Assembly: GCA_973895155.1 (NCBI GenBank)
Contig: OZ316893.1
Span: 21,932,955 to 21,996,954 of the forward strand
DNA from: Marsupella aquatica
Taxonomy: Eukaryota; Plantae; Marchantiophyta
Direction: 5' to 3'
Length of the DNA: 64,000 bases
Shown here: piece by piece, positions 1 to 11,110 of the stretch
Layout of the letters: each line of letters begins with the position of its first letter
How positions within the stretch are numbered: position 1 is the stretch's first letter
Position numbers and translations under genes: made by a program
The notes under the pieces: generated by a model
Databases searched by the model: none
What the model was told of the DNA's origin: nothing
Seen by the model: the letters and a program-made list of their open reading frames with translations, nothing else

Positions 1-318
1 TCCAAGGTTATCAAGATATTTCGAGATCAGGAAGTTTGGGTCTAATCGTCGGCTGTCTGCATGAGTGCGCTGGTCACATCCTGAAAATGCATTCCTTATA
101 TCCATGGGATGGTGACAGTGCAGAACAGCTGAAATGATGAAGAGTAGCTTTAAAGTCCTAAGCGGTTGGCTACCAATGAAAGCTTCACAGGGCATACCAT
201 CAGGTGATAATCATGTGACCTGGTTGTAAATGTAAACCAACCGGCTCATTTATCTTCACAAGTCTTCGTTCTGTTTGGTCAGTCGTGCTGGAATCCTTCT
301 TGTAAGACTCCATTCCTG

Positions 319-3300
319 TTACATGTCCTTACTTAACCCTTTCACAACGTCAAAAGTCTCCTGATCGATTGGAACATTTGAACGAAGCTGTGCACCTTCT
401 GCCGGCATTTGCTCTGCAGGTAATATGTACTCATTTGTGGGTGCAATGTGACACTTCTTCCTGTGGCTGGAAAGGCTGCTTTCACCTTCAGGTTGTCCGT
501 TCCCGTTCTCCACACAATCCCGACTTCTTTTTGTAGAAACGTCGCAGGGTTCCTTACCGTAACTGGAGAGTGGGCGTTGCAGGTCTCTCTTTGTCAGCAT
601 TTCCCCTGTGTGAGAGTCGGCTCTGACTTGAGCATCACCAGGAAAGTTCTTTACCCTCATACGGTTAAGGAGGTGTTTGTAACTATCTGCCATGCCCTGC
701 TCATGTTTGGCATCCATATAGCAGCCCCGTCTGCGTGCATCTCTAATAAGGACACTCCAGGTTCCCTCTCTTGCTGCAAGGGTGTCTGCGTGGCCAACAA
801 TCCATACACAGTACCTGTTCCAACCGTCCCCATATGCAGAAAGATCAAAAGATATTAGTTTCGCCATCAACAGAAAACGCTGTGTTTTTCTCTTGTGTAT
901 TGATGCAAAATATTGCATACCGAAGATGTTTTACATGCTTACAAGGTTTTACATAGTCTTACATATTATGCACATATCTTACATTCAACTGACATGGGTT
1001 ACAGGTTATCAAATGTTTATCATGTTATAGAGCTTTCAATTGGGTTGAACCATGTATGCATTCAAAACGTGGATTATGAGCAAGCTTCGACTTTCGGAGT
1101 GGGGACTTAAAACGGGGGACTCCTGTTCTCCCATTGTGTATGAACCTGGCGCAAACTCCTGTAAAAGTCCTCTGGCAGCCAAAAGCTCCCGAAATACTAA
1201 AGGAGATGAGATCTTGCCTTCCTCGAGTAAGCGCAACATTGAGCCTCCGAGTGTCTGTCAGGAAACCGATTCGCCCAGAAGAGTTGGCACAAACAGTTGA
1301 GAACAAAATAACATCCCGTTCTCCACCCTGAAACCCATCAACAGTCTTGATCTCAACTCGCAAGTTTGGAAACAGCTTTGTCTGATCATCTAGCCGCTTG
1401 TTCAGAGCATCAACCTGAGCAGTATATGGTGTTATAATGCCAACACTGACGTTCTGGAAACTGTGCTCTCCACATGCTGCCATCCATCCGACAAAACCTT
1501 ACAAAGCTGAATCGAAATCGAAGGACAGTATCAATACAAAAGACACTACAAGCATGGTGCCATAACCCTCTACACAAGAAGTGATCAAAATCATCTAAAA
1601 TATCTTCAATACAAGTCTATAATTTGAAGCTCAAAACAATAACAGCTGCTGTTTCTGAAACTCAACAACGTAATTAAAGTGTAGTTTGAACAGATTGGAA
1701 GCTGTACATTGAAACAGAGACTATGAGGAGTCTCTCATTGTCTCATTGCATGAACTGGGACCATATGACAAAGGTTAGAAGGAGATAAGTTGGGAACTCA
1801 TCACTAGAACTAGGAAAACTTATAGATTCCATTGATGGTGAAACGAGAGACAAGAGCACGTGACAAGCAAGTTACCAGCTTGAAGCCTTGCCAGTAAGTA
1901 CCAAAGGATCTGAACTTCGACAAAGTTTCTCTTACTTCTCCCAAACTTTCCTGTGTCTTCCATGCCTTCGCTGGCATCTATGAACTTGTACGGCCCAAAC
2001 AGCTCTTGGTATGCCTTTGCGTAATTCGGATCTTTTACATTCTCCGCGTCCAAGATAACGCCATTATAAAATTGCCTGTTGGGAAACATACTTATCTCGG
2101 GGTGCATTCTGTACTGAACGTTGAGCAGCTTACATGGATGACCAACCTGCTGTAGTCTCTCAAACAGACTACGATCATACCCTCGGTCCTTAGCCAGCTG
2201 CATCATTATTCTTGTGTTAGATCGATGAACTGAATCGACTTCACAAGGCTCTTTGATGGCCAACACACAGTTCACAGATTGCCATTTCAGCTACAACAGA
2301 TTCCCTAGGAAGTAACAACTGTGCTTGGCATGAAAAGATTGTGCATCATCAGAAACATGAGAGCTCTTGTTATTTGTTAATGACAGTTAAAACCAATTGG
2401 TGACCACGCCTTGTCCCGTAAGGGACTTCATATTTTGTAAGTTTGGTTAGAAGGATGCACAGCCATTAGGCTTTCTAAGCTGAACCTCAACGCAAAAGCC
2501 GTCTAGAGAAATTTACAAACGGAGGCCAGGCAAGGGATCCCAAAAGGGACACCCCACCCCACCCCTCCCCTCCCGCGCGCACAAAGGGGATAACTCACCC
2601 TACTTCTCGTAAGGGGCATCTTGCTTTCCAAACGAATTAATTTCCAAAGTCCAAATTCTTAGATTACTGTGATGACAAATTTTATCCAAGTCATTCAACT
2701 TTTGAAAGTGGTGCAGAACCCACATCTGCTCAAAATTCAAGACCCCTTGTCCATCTGTAATCATTTGTCATAGACGAGGCTGAGAGATTCATACTTACCA
2801 TACTCTGAACTGTAGCTGGCAGCTGCTTGTGGTCTCCAACAAGCAGTGCTTGGCCAAGTCCTTCAAGCTGGGTGACTATAGCTGTTTCGGCCTCCACAAG
2901 CTGTGAAGCCTCATCAATTACCAATGACCTGAAGCATCCTGAGCTCTGGACACTGGACCGCCCAGCTGAAGAGATGGTGCAGAACATAATACACGCATTC
3001 TTAAGACACAGTTTTTCAATCTGCTCTTCAGAAGGGATGATGTTCCAACCAAAAACCTCACTGCTCATGGAGTCGGTCAACGATTGCAGTAACTCATCTC
3101 TTGCTCTGGAGTACTCCGTGTCAGGTTCCCGGGAATCATTCTCGTATGTCCCGGTCGACCTGGCCATCTCAGCGAACCACTCCCCACACTCCTGGTCTGT
3201 TAGAGTATGAAAAGCAGGTAAAGCTTCTAACAAACCCGCCGCTGCGTCACACGTAGCTTTTACATACTCGCTGAGGAAAGCAGGCAGCAATTTCTTGGGC

Positions 3301-6300
3301 AAGTCTGTACAAAGAAAGTATCCTGCAAGAATCAGCTGGCTACACCAGCCTATAATGTTGTTCCGCATGAATTTCAAAAACCCCTTGACGTATCTGGTAT
3401 CACTTTCTGGCCGTGATGACCGACTATTCTCACTCTTCTCATATTGTGAGAGTGGAGACTTCAACAGCTCCAAGAGACTCTGATTACACTGCCGCCATCC
3501 TCTCGGTGGCTGAAGGGCATCATAAAGACGCTTCACCCTATGTGGGAGGTAGATACTGCTCAACCTCCCATCCACATCCAATCGTTCGTCATTCCCAACC
3601 AGCAAAGCGTCACCCATTGATAGGGAGTCTCTGGTAATCTTCTCATCGACAATGAACGAGTGAAACTGTGAAGATCTAGCGTCACCGGACTGGAAAAAAT
3701 CTGTAAATCTGTGAGCAACCTCACATATCGCTCGATTTGCAGGTGCACACACGAGTGTGCGACAGTGCAAGCAAGTGATGATGGATAGAAAGGAGATTAG
3801 GGTGGTTGTTTTCCCAGTGCCTGTGATATTAGAGGGCAAAACATTAGCCGAATCCCACCAACGAATACAGATGAAGCACCCTTTGAAAGTCATCTTGAAC
3901 AAACTACGAAGGAAAAACTAACAATAGACCCAGATGAAATCATCTATTACCTGGAGGTCCTTGAATGAGGCGTACTCTGGGCTCTTCGTCGTACAGAAGA
4001 GCAAGGGCTGTGCTTTGGACGGCTTCAGTTTGAGCAGGATTCAAGTTTCTTTTTTTGCAGAAGGTTTGAATATTCTTTTCCAATACCGCCCTTGAGTCTT
4101 GGTCTATCCGTGGGCACAAATCGTCTTTGCCAAGAGATGGATGGAGCTCAGGCGAACTAAAACAACCACAATTCACCGCTCAGCATCCACGTTCTATATT
4201 ATTTCCAGATCTGGCGAGAATGAGAAGCAAACATGGCTAGAACGGAGAAATGTTCATAAAAATTCCAACAATTCGTTCTGAGATAAACTACCAAGAATGA
4301 GTAGAGTCCTTTGCCTCAGCCCCTTATTCATTTCGGGTTCCTCTGCAGTCTTAAAGCTCAAGTCTGTCCCCCTCTCTAAGACTCGGGTTGTCAAGCCTGT
4401 ACCAACTAGGCAAAATAGTCAGCTAGCTCAATTTCTAGTGTCATCACTAACATTTCTGACTGATACTTTGTTGCATTTGTTGGAACTATTCACTAAGCAT
4501 ATCCTTCGTCCAGTGCCATTGTTTCAAGAGGACTCGTTCTTCTAGTCATTATCCAAGTTTGAGATATTTCTCCATCAACTTCACCTGAAACGGCAATAAA
4601 ATAACAAGCCCAAGGCATGCCCAATCAAGCTGTTTACCTGGCATCCTGTGCACAATACATTGTCTCTCTGACAACCCGGAGCTTGTGGGCGGTTGTCAGC
4701 TCCGGGTTCAATGCATCCCAGATTCGCAGTCCAGTGGAAAGGCTGCCAAGGATAACAACATACCACTTGGCAACGCCTCCCGTCATTGCCCTGGCCAACT
4801 TGCCCGTGACTTCCTTCGGACAAAATGCAGTGACTTTCAGGAACGACGGGACTTCCCTCAACCTGGACTGGGCTCTTGAAGTCAGCAGAGCCAAAGTGAA
4901 GCACTCTTCTCGTTTCATCAGATCATCAAAGGACCTGGGGAGGGAAGTGGCAAGCAGCACTAAGTCCCACTTCTTATGCTTCCATGGAGCAGTTGCTCCT
5001 TTGCCAGCCATGGAATTGACATAGTCTTGGTCAGTAGCCAGAAGAAACTTTTTCAGCTGCAAGTTATCAAAGTCCTGTTGCTCCGGAATTTGAAGCTCAT
5101 GGATGGAACATAGCAGTGCTGGGCGATGAGGAGCAAACTCCACTGTTTCGAGGCTCTTCTGCACAGAGGCCCTTGTGTCTTCCACCAATGGGTATTGAAA
5201 TAACTTAAAGTATGCTTCTAGACTCTCGAAGGATAATGGAATCCCCTTCACCTGATAAACACCAACAAGCGAGAGGGATGATGAGATACAAGAGTGTGTT
5301 TTAGTTGACGCTGTTTCTATGTAATCTGTTGATTCTCTTTCTCATGAAATAGAAACACCTCGCAGTCCCATTAATCAAGGGCGCAAGTGTCGGGGTCTAC
5401 AACGCATTTTGCATGATTAATGCAGACGTGGGTCAATTCATAAATGATGGATCCACTCCCCCTTTCTATATGTACTCACGGCAATCCTTCAAAAGAACGA
5501 GTTAGGTCCTAAGCTTGGTTATAAGTCATTTCGATGAAGTAGTTTGCCTCAATCAAGTAGGTCATTCCCTAATTTCACGTCTTTCATCATTCTCTTCCTC
5601 ATGGAATCCATTTCAAAGGAGACCTATATGAGTGAATTTCAAAATAGCAGTCTAAGATTAATCACCTCGAGCCGAACTTAATCACCTTGTCGAATTTTTA
5701 ATCTGAGAAATCTTTGTGCATAGTGTGGTCCTGGTTGTACGACAATTTTTCTTAATTCGTTGATACACCGTTCCTTAGCGGCTCTGTGACTCCATGTGCA
5801 ACTATACATTGCACATCTGGCTTTCAGATAAATGGTAGCCCTGGTGAATCTTTCATTTATCTCTGGCTTCAAACAATTTCGAGCGCTGACAGCTAATCTA
5901 TACATTTATCTTCCTTACCGCTCGTTCTGTCACCACGAAATCTAAACTCATTATCTCGATTGTGTTCCTTCTTTCATCACCTTGCCATTCATTCATTAAC
6001 CCGTTCGAAGCAATCAATGGCGAAAGAGTACCCAACAGCAACCACGCAGACAATTTGGAAGCACTGATGACGTTGCATCCATGAGGATCACTGGTGGACC
6101 AGACTTCACCTTGTCTCGATACATGTCCTCATTCTTGACATCATAGATTGACCACCGAAGCGCCTGCGTCAGAAACGAGCCGCTTTGCTTGAACTCACTA
6201 GATTCCTCCGCGTGTTCTATCAGGCGCACCGAATTTGCATTCCCCTGCGGCCTGGACTTAAACTTGGGGTCATCGCATTCCACATTAGCAGGCCAGAGCC

Positions 6301-6586
6301 GGACAGGAATGCGCTTGCCCAATTGCTTGAACACCCACAGCCTACGGTTGTCCAGACTGTAGAGGCAGGAATTTGTTCTGTCAAACACCACTCGAATGTG
6401 CTCCAAATCCTCCACTTTCGAGTCCCCTCGTCTCAGCTTCTGGAGCGATTCTGTCAAGGTCAATTGGGGCCTGCCCTGAAAGTTGAATTCGATTGCGTCA
6501 GTGGAGAATCTGATGTCTGCTGGGTTCGTCCATATCACCTCCCCAACAGTCCTCTCATTGAGCAGGACCGACTGTGTGTCTTCCAT
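319..6586 (-). CDS. SEN1/UPF1-like (DNA2/NAM7 family) superfamily-1 helicase with N-terminal ParB-like domain; 7 exons, about 1131 aa
   Basis: Exons (minus) 6586-6110, 5251-4638, 4156-3951, 3820-2799, 2197-1876, 1476-1218, 814-319 join in frame (3396 nt). Motifs: GPPGTGKTT (Walker A, split by intron 3), LVCAPAN, VIDEASQ (Walker B), [53 protein letters not shown]. The segment [15 protein letters not shown]|[15 protein letters not shown] resembles the region preceding the helicase core in plant SEN1-like proteins. The start codon and the end of the last exon are less certain. Confidence 0.9.
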
Positions 6587-6639
6587 CTGTTGTTTTCTCT
6601 GCCCGTCCACAGAGAGAGTCTCACCCCCATCCCCAGCGT

Positions 6640-7350
6640 AACATCGCAGCTCCCTCCCTACCTCCCTCTCTCGCTGACATCCCCAGTCTCATGACAGTCG
6701 CCCAGTTCTGCTCTTCAGCTGAACAAATGCTCAAAAGCGGGAACGACGACGAGAAGAGGAACTTCGGGAGGGACAAGCGGGAGGAGGACCATCTCCAGCT
6801 GCTTCACATTGCAGCTCCCTCCTTCCCTCCTGCTCTGGCAGACAGTCACCCAGTTCTTCTCTTCAGCTGCTGCTGCTGCAGTGGAATTGTTGGAATGGTG
6901 TGACGAAAGCTCGACAATCATGAAGAGGAAACTTTTCAGGAGCCACAAGTGGGTGCCCAGTTATTCTCTTCAGAGCCGGGCTTCAGAGTCCCAATGCCTC
7001 TGGTCAGCAGCGGCTGTGGAATTGGAATAATGTGAGGAGAGTGCTCCAACGCGGGAAGGACAAGTGGGGAGGAGGACCTTTCGGGATCAGGAAATGCTGT
7101 TCAACAGAAAAAGCTCGACATCGACGACATGAAGAGGAAAGGAACTTCAGGAGGCACAAGTGGGTGCCAGTGATTCTGTTTAGTGTCCCAATGAATGCTT
7201 CTCGTCAGCCCAGTTATTCTGTTTGGCGTCCCAATGCTTCTCGTCAGCTGCTGCCTGCTGTGGAATTGGAATTGGAAGTGGAATGATGTGAGGAGAGTGG
7301 GTAAATGCGCAAACGCGGGAAGGACAAGTGGGGAGGAGGAACTTTTGGGA
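6640..7350. repeat. Degenerate, roughly three-copy tandem repeat upstream of the helicase start
   Basis: Recurring blocks: (g)ggacaag(t/c)gggaggag near 6768, 7057 and 7321; aggaacttc(a/g)ggag-like near 6757, 6926 and 7140; gtggaatt(g)ttggaa-like near 6881, 7016 and 7260. Confidence 0.6.
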
Positions 7351-7385
7351 TCACGGCGCGCACACGCCTACAGTAGTCTACAGGA

Positions 7386-7420
7386 GGAGTACAGGAGTAC
7401 AGGAGTACAGGAGTACAGGA
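7386..7420. repeat. (GGAGTACA)4 short tandem repeat
   Basis: Read directly: ggagtacaggagtacaggagtacaggagtacagga. Confidence 0.85.
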
Positions 7421-7656
7421 CTCTCTCCCGCATCGGTCAAAGTTTCTCAGTTTAATTAAGTACAGTCGAAATAATTGGGGTCCAGTAACTAACTGCACAT
7501 CAAAATATATATGTACTGTATGGCATCTCTCCATACCATGATAAACAATATGATATATAATGTGTGTGGCATCTCTGCATACCATACCATACCATGATAA
7601 ATAATAATATAATATGCTCTGTATGGCATCAAATAATGATAATGTGTGATGGCATA

Positions 7657-8010
7657 ATTGCGGCTTGCATACAGTCGGCTATCTTTAAGCGCACACTCAA
7701 TGAGCACTCACGCTCGATTACGCTCGATTAATGCAGGTCATCCTGTTCTTCCCTTTTTTTGACACCCATTCTGCTTTTCCTAAGACTCTAAGAGGACACA
7801 GGGGTAAAGTCATTCTACTAAACAAGAGTGCATAATTGCAGCTTGTATATAGTCGGCTCTCTCTTACACTTGATTAATGCACGTCATCCTGTTATTCCCT
7901 TTTTCTTACACGAGATAAGCATATTGCAGCTTGTATATAGTCAGCTCTCTCTTACACTTGATTAATGCACGTCATCCTGTTCTTCCCTTTTTCTTACACG
8001 AGATAAGCAT
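7657..8010. repeat. About 88-bp tandem duplication plus a diverged third copy
   Basis: ttgcagcttgtatatagtc..ctctctcttacacttgattaatgcacgtcatcctgt..ttcccttttt cttacacgagataagcat at about 7836-7922 and 7924-8010; diverged copy at about 7657-7765. Confidence 0.8.
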
Positions 8011-9009
8011 TTTTTAAATGCCTTTTCTAAGCGAACACAAAGTTACAATCATTTCACTAAATGATAACTTTATGAGTGCTTACCCTTGATAAGCGTATCT
8101 ATGCCCTTATCGGTAAATGCACAAAATCATGAAATTGAATTTACAGATAAACTCATGCCCATTCTTAGTAGAGTATAGAATGCGGCATGTATAAGTGCAT
8201 TCTATGGTTACTGCAGTAAACGGTGCATAAGTGTGACATGTATAAGTGCATTATGTGGTTAAGTGCATAAGTGTGTTCTGTGGTTACATATATGCAGGCT
8301 GGCAATGTAAACCCCTAATACTGCAATGATTTCCTTTGCAAATGCACCAAAAAAATTAAGCATCCTTCCAAAAGCAGCTGGCCACTTTTTCTTTAATTTC
8401 AGTGAAAATGAGGTGACTTTACACAGTCCATGGGGGATGGGCAGGGATCCAGTCCTTCTCCATCCGATCTTCTTTTCCATCCAGGCTTCTTTTCTCTTAT
8501 ACAATCCACCATGCCTAATGCATTGCAATTTTTCTCTTTTTTTCAGGGCATTATTGGAGAAGAATGCAGTCAAGATTTGGATCAAGTCATTATGGAAGTA
8601 CTCATATACTTTTATTAATATTAGGGAAAATAAATGTATTAAGCCGGGTATTAAGGCCATGTTGCCAGAACATTACAAGCAATAACAGCCCCTCAAAACT
8701 CAAGCTGAAACACTGGTTCTTTGTGCATTATATCCCACTATGCCCTTTAAATAGAACTTGATATAGAATTCATTCGGCAGAGAATGTTGATTATTTTCTA
8801 ATGATATTATTATTTTCTCTATGAGAGTTTTCTTGTTGTGTTTTCAAACATTGGGAAATTAAGTAACAACTCTCTTAATTCACATAGATTTGTGTTTATC
8901 TTGACTTTTAACCATCTTTATGTTTAATAATAATATTATTTATACCTGGTGAGATAGTGCAATACTCACTCAGATTATCTAATATGACTCAAAAGTAAAA
9001 AGTATGCCT

Positions 9010-9073
9010 CCCGCATCATGGCTTGAATTGGAGACCTCTTACTCACACCAAATGACCTTAACCATTGTCCTAG
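9010..9073 (-). mobile_element. Possible tRNA-derived SINE remnant
   Basis: Minus strand ctaggacaatggttaaggtc...gaggtctccaattcaagccatgatgcgg has A-box-like (TAGGACAATGG) and B-box-like (ATTCAAGCC) motifs at tRNA-like spacing, with no intact cloverleaf. Confidence 0.35.
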
Positions 9074-9430
9074 ATTTCAACTCTGCTACCCTCTTTATAA
9101 ATGCTCATCATAATTATGTGCTATTTATTATTACCTTTTTGAGTCTCAACAAATGTAGCACACTACACTAGCCCCAACACTAGCTACATGGTGTTACCTT
9201 GTTTGAGAACCTGCTCAGGCTACTTTGTCTTATTGAGATTTGTTTTTATGTATCCCCTCCCCCCCCCCCCCCTCTTATAGTATTTAATTATTTTTATTTT
9301 TCCAGACCCCATTTTCAGGTCTGTATTTGTTTTTTTAATCTTGGCAACCCTTGTTAGAATATGTTGTAATTTTTCTTATGTTTAAGTTATATTAATTAAC
9401 AGTTTTTTTAAAGGGGAATAGTCAAGTCGC

Positions 9431-9510
9431 AAGATTTGAAATACTAGACCCAAGACTAGACCTATGAATCTCAAATCAAGTGAGCTACCACACAGCCATG
9501 TCTCTCCAGG
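9431..9510 (-). mobile_element. SINE-like dispersed repeat, copy 1 of 3
   Basis: Shares cctatga(a/g)tctcaa(a/c)tca(a/t)gtgagctac(c/t)acaca(g/a)cca..tctct with 13515-13589 and the reverse complement of 17827-17901. Confidence 0.55.
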
Positions 9511-9611
9511 TATACCTAAACCCTAACCTATCTCTTCCCAAGAATGTGACAAAGCCAACTGATGGAGTGTGAGAAACAAACACTTAAAAATAATACAATC
9601 CTTCTTTGTAA

Positions 9612-9673
9612 CATACACAAACTTTTTACAGAAAAGGGCCAAACAAAGTACAAAAGAATAAACAAAAGAGGTC
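9612..9673 (-). mobile_element. Short 3'-end fragment of the CRE-like retroelement
   Basis: actttttacagaaaagggccaaacaaagtacaaaagaataaacaaaagaggtc is nearly identical to 37917-37970, the 3' UTR of the element at 37870-41415. Confidence 0.7.
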
Positions 9674-10399
9674 TCATCTTAACTATTACTCAGTTTCTTA
9701 AGAATATGGTTTTGAGTAACTTACTTGTCACAAACTAAAGTCATTATGAGAGAAACATAAGAGGCCCACCACTCTTTTGAAAAGAGATTTTTAATCTTGT
9801 AGACGTTCAATAATAATGTACTAGAAAAATGACATGTGGGGAAAAAAGTGGGGCCAACACTTTTGTATGGCCATAAACAATGAGGAGAGGGCAGACTTAC
9901 CAAGTGGCCCAAACCAATTTATTCTTGCTCTGTTTAAGGTGGTGCAAAAAAAATTGATCTTAATTCTCAAAAGGAATGATTAATTATTCGTCTCAACATG
10001 AAATCTTTTTGACCCAAAAACACTTTACTTTCTTTTGGGGGATTCACAAACTTTTAGGTATCTTAAAGAATATATGTTTGCCCTTTTGTCTAGATACGAT
10101 AATACTAAAGGCTTTTCTTTACCATTTGGGGAAGGACGTTTGAAGTTGGAGCAACCCTACATGTAATCCTTTTCAATGTTTTTTTAATAGTATCTTTATT
10201 GAGTCCCAACAAACGTGCACATCATTGTGCTACAGTATGCTGGCTATTGGGGAACTACTGTACATGTAACGGCCAATCCACCTTTCATTCTTTTGTCTTA
10301 TTTAGATTTTATGTTGTGTGTTTCTATCACAATATGTGACAGCAATGTGCATCACTTGTATTATTCCGCCTCTAACTTATTTTGGGACCTCTCTTAATG

Positions 10400-11110
10400 T
10401 TTTTAATCTTGCCATCCCGGAGCTCTTCTTTCCCACTGCATTTAGATTTCAATACAGTGCATTAAAGCCCTTCAGCAAATTTTATGGAATTTCTGCCAAT
10501 GAAGAAAGACTCTATATCTGCTTGTGAATGAGAGACAAATGATATTTAGAACTGTGGACACCTGTTGTGTGAAGTTATCCTCTTATTTTTGCTTCCTAAG
10601 TTTATAGTTTTTATTGTGGTTACCTAAGGCAAGTGAAGATTTTCTGTACCTCTTATGTGCACAGGTTTTGATTGATATGAGTGTCAATACAGCATGTTCA
10701 TGTTTTTCTTGTAGCTATGTGTGAATGACAATAGCATAGTATTGAGCACATGCCAAATAAATGTACATTTCACACAATGGCGAAGAAAGGTACAAGTGCA
10801 CAAGTCTTGAAAAGTTGTGCACGTAAGGTGCAAATTCTCACTTGCCCTAATGACACTCAATCAAACATTGTGCACATAATTTACACAAGATATTCTCTTG
10901 CCTTAGGTAATGACAATAAAAACCATAAGCTTAGCAAATGAAAATATGAGTAGGACTAAGGCAGAAGGTGTCCATGTCCCAAAGTATCAATGTTCTCTCT
11001 CATTCACTACAATTAATTGGGAGATATTCCATACAATTTACTAAATGGGGTGGATGCACTGTATTGAAAACTAAATGTAGTAGGAAAGGAGAGATCTAGA
11101 TAACAAGATA
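10400..11110. mobile_element. Foldback / long-TIR non-autonomous element (degenerate hairpin)
   Basis: Arm at about 10420-10680 is the diverged reverse complement of about 10855-11100 (e.g. gcatttagatttcaatacagtgca vs tgcactgtattgaaaactaaatgt; ttacctaaggcaag vs cttgccttaggtaa). 11435-11545 is in turn an inverted copy of about 10739-10850. Confidence 0.7.

Noticed and set aside
6574-7455. Several short + strand ORFs upstream of the helicase
   Set aside because: They track a degenerate tandem repeat with shifting frames and show no recognisable protein.
9010-9073. Possible tRNA gene
   Set aside because: The A/B boxes are degenerate and the stems do not pair. Kept only as a low-confidence SINE relic.
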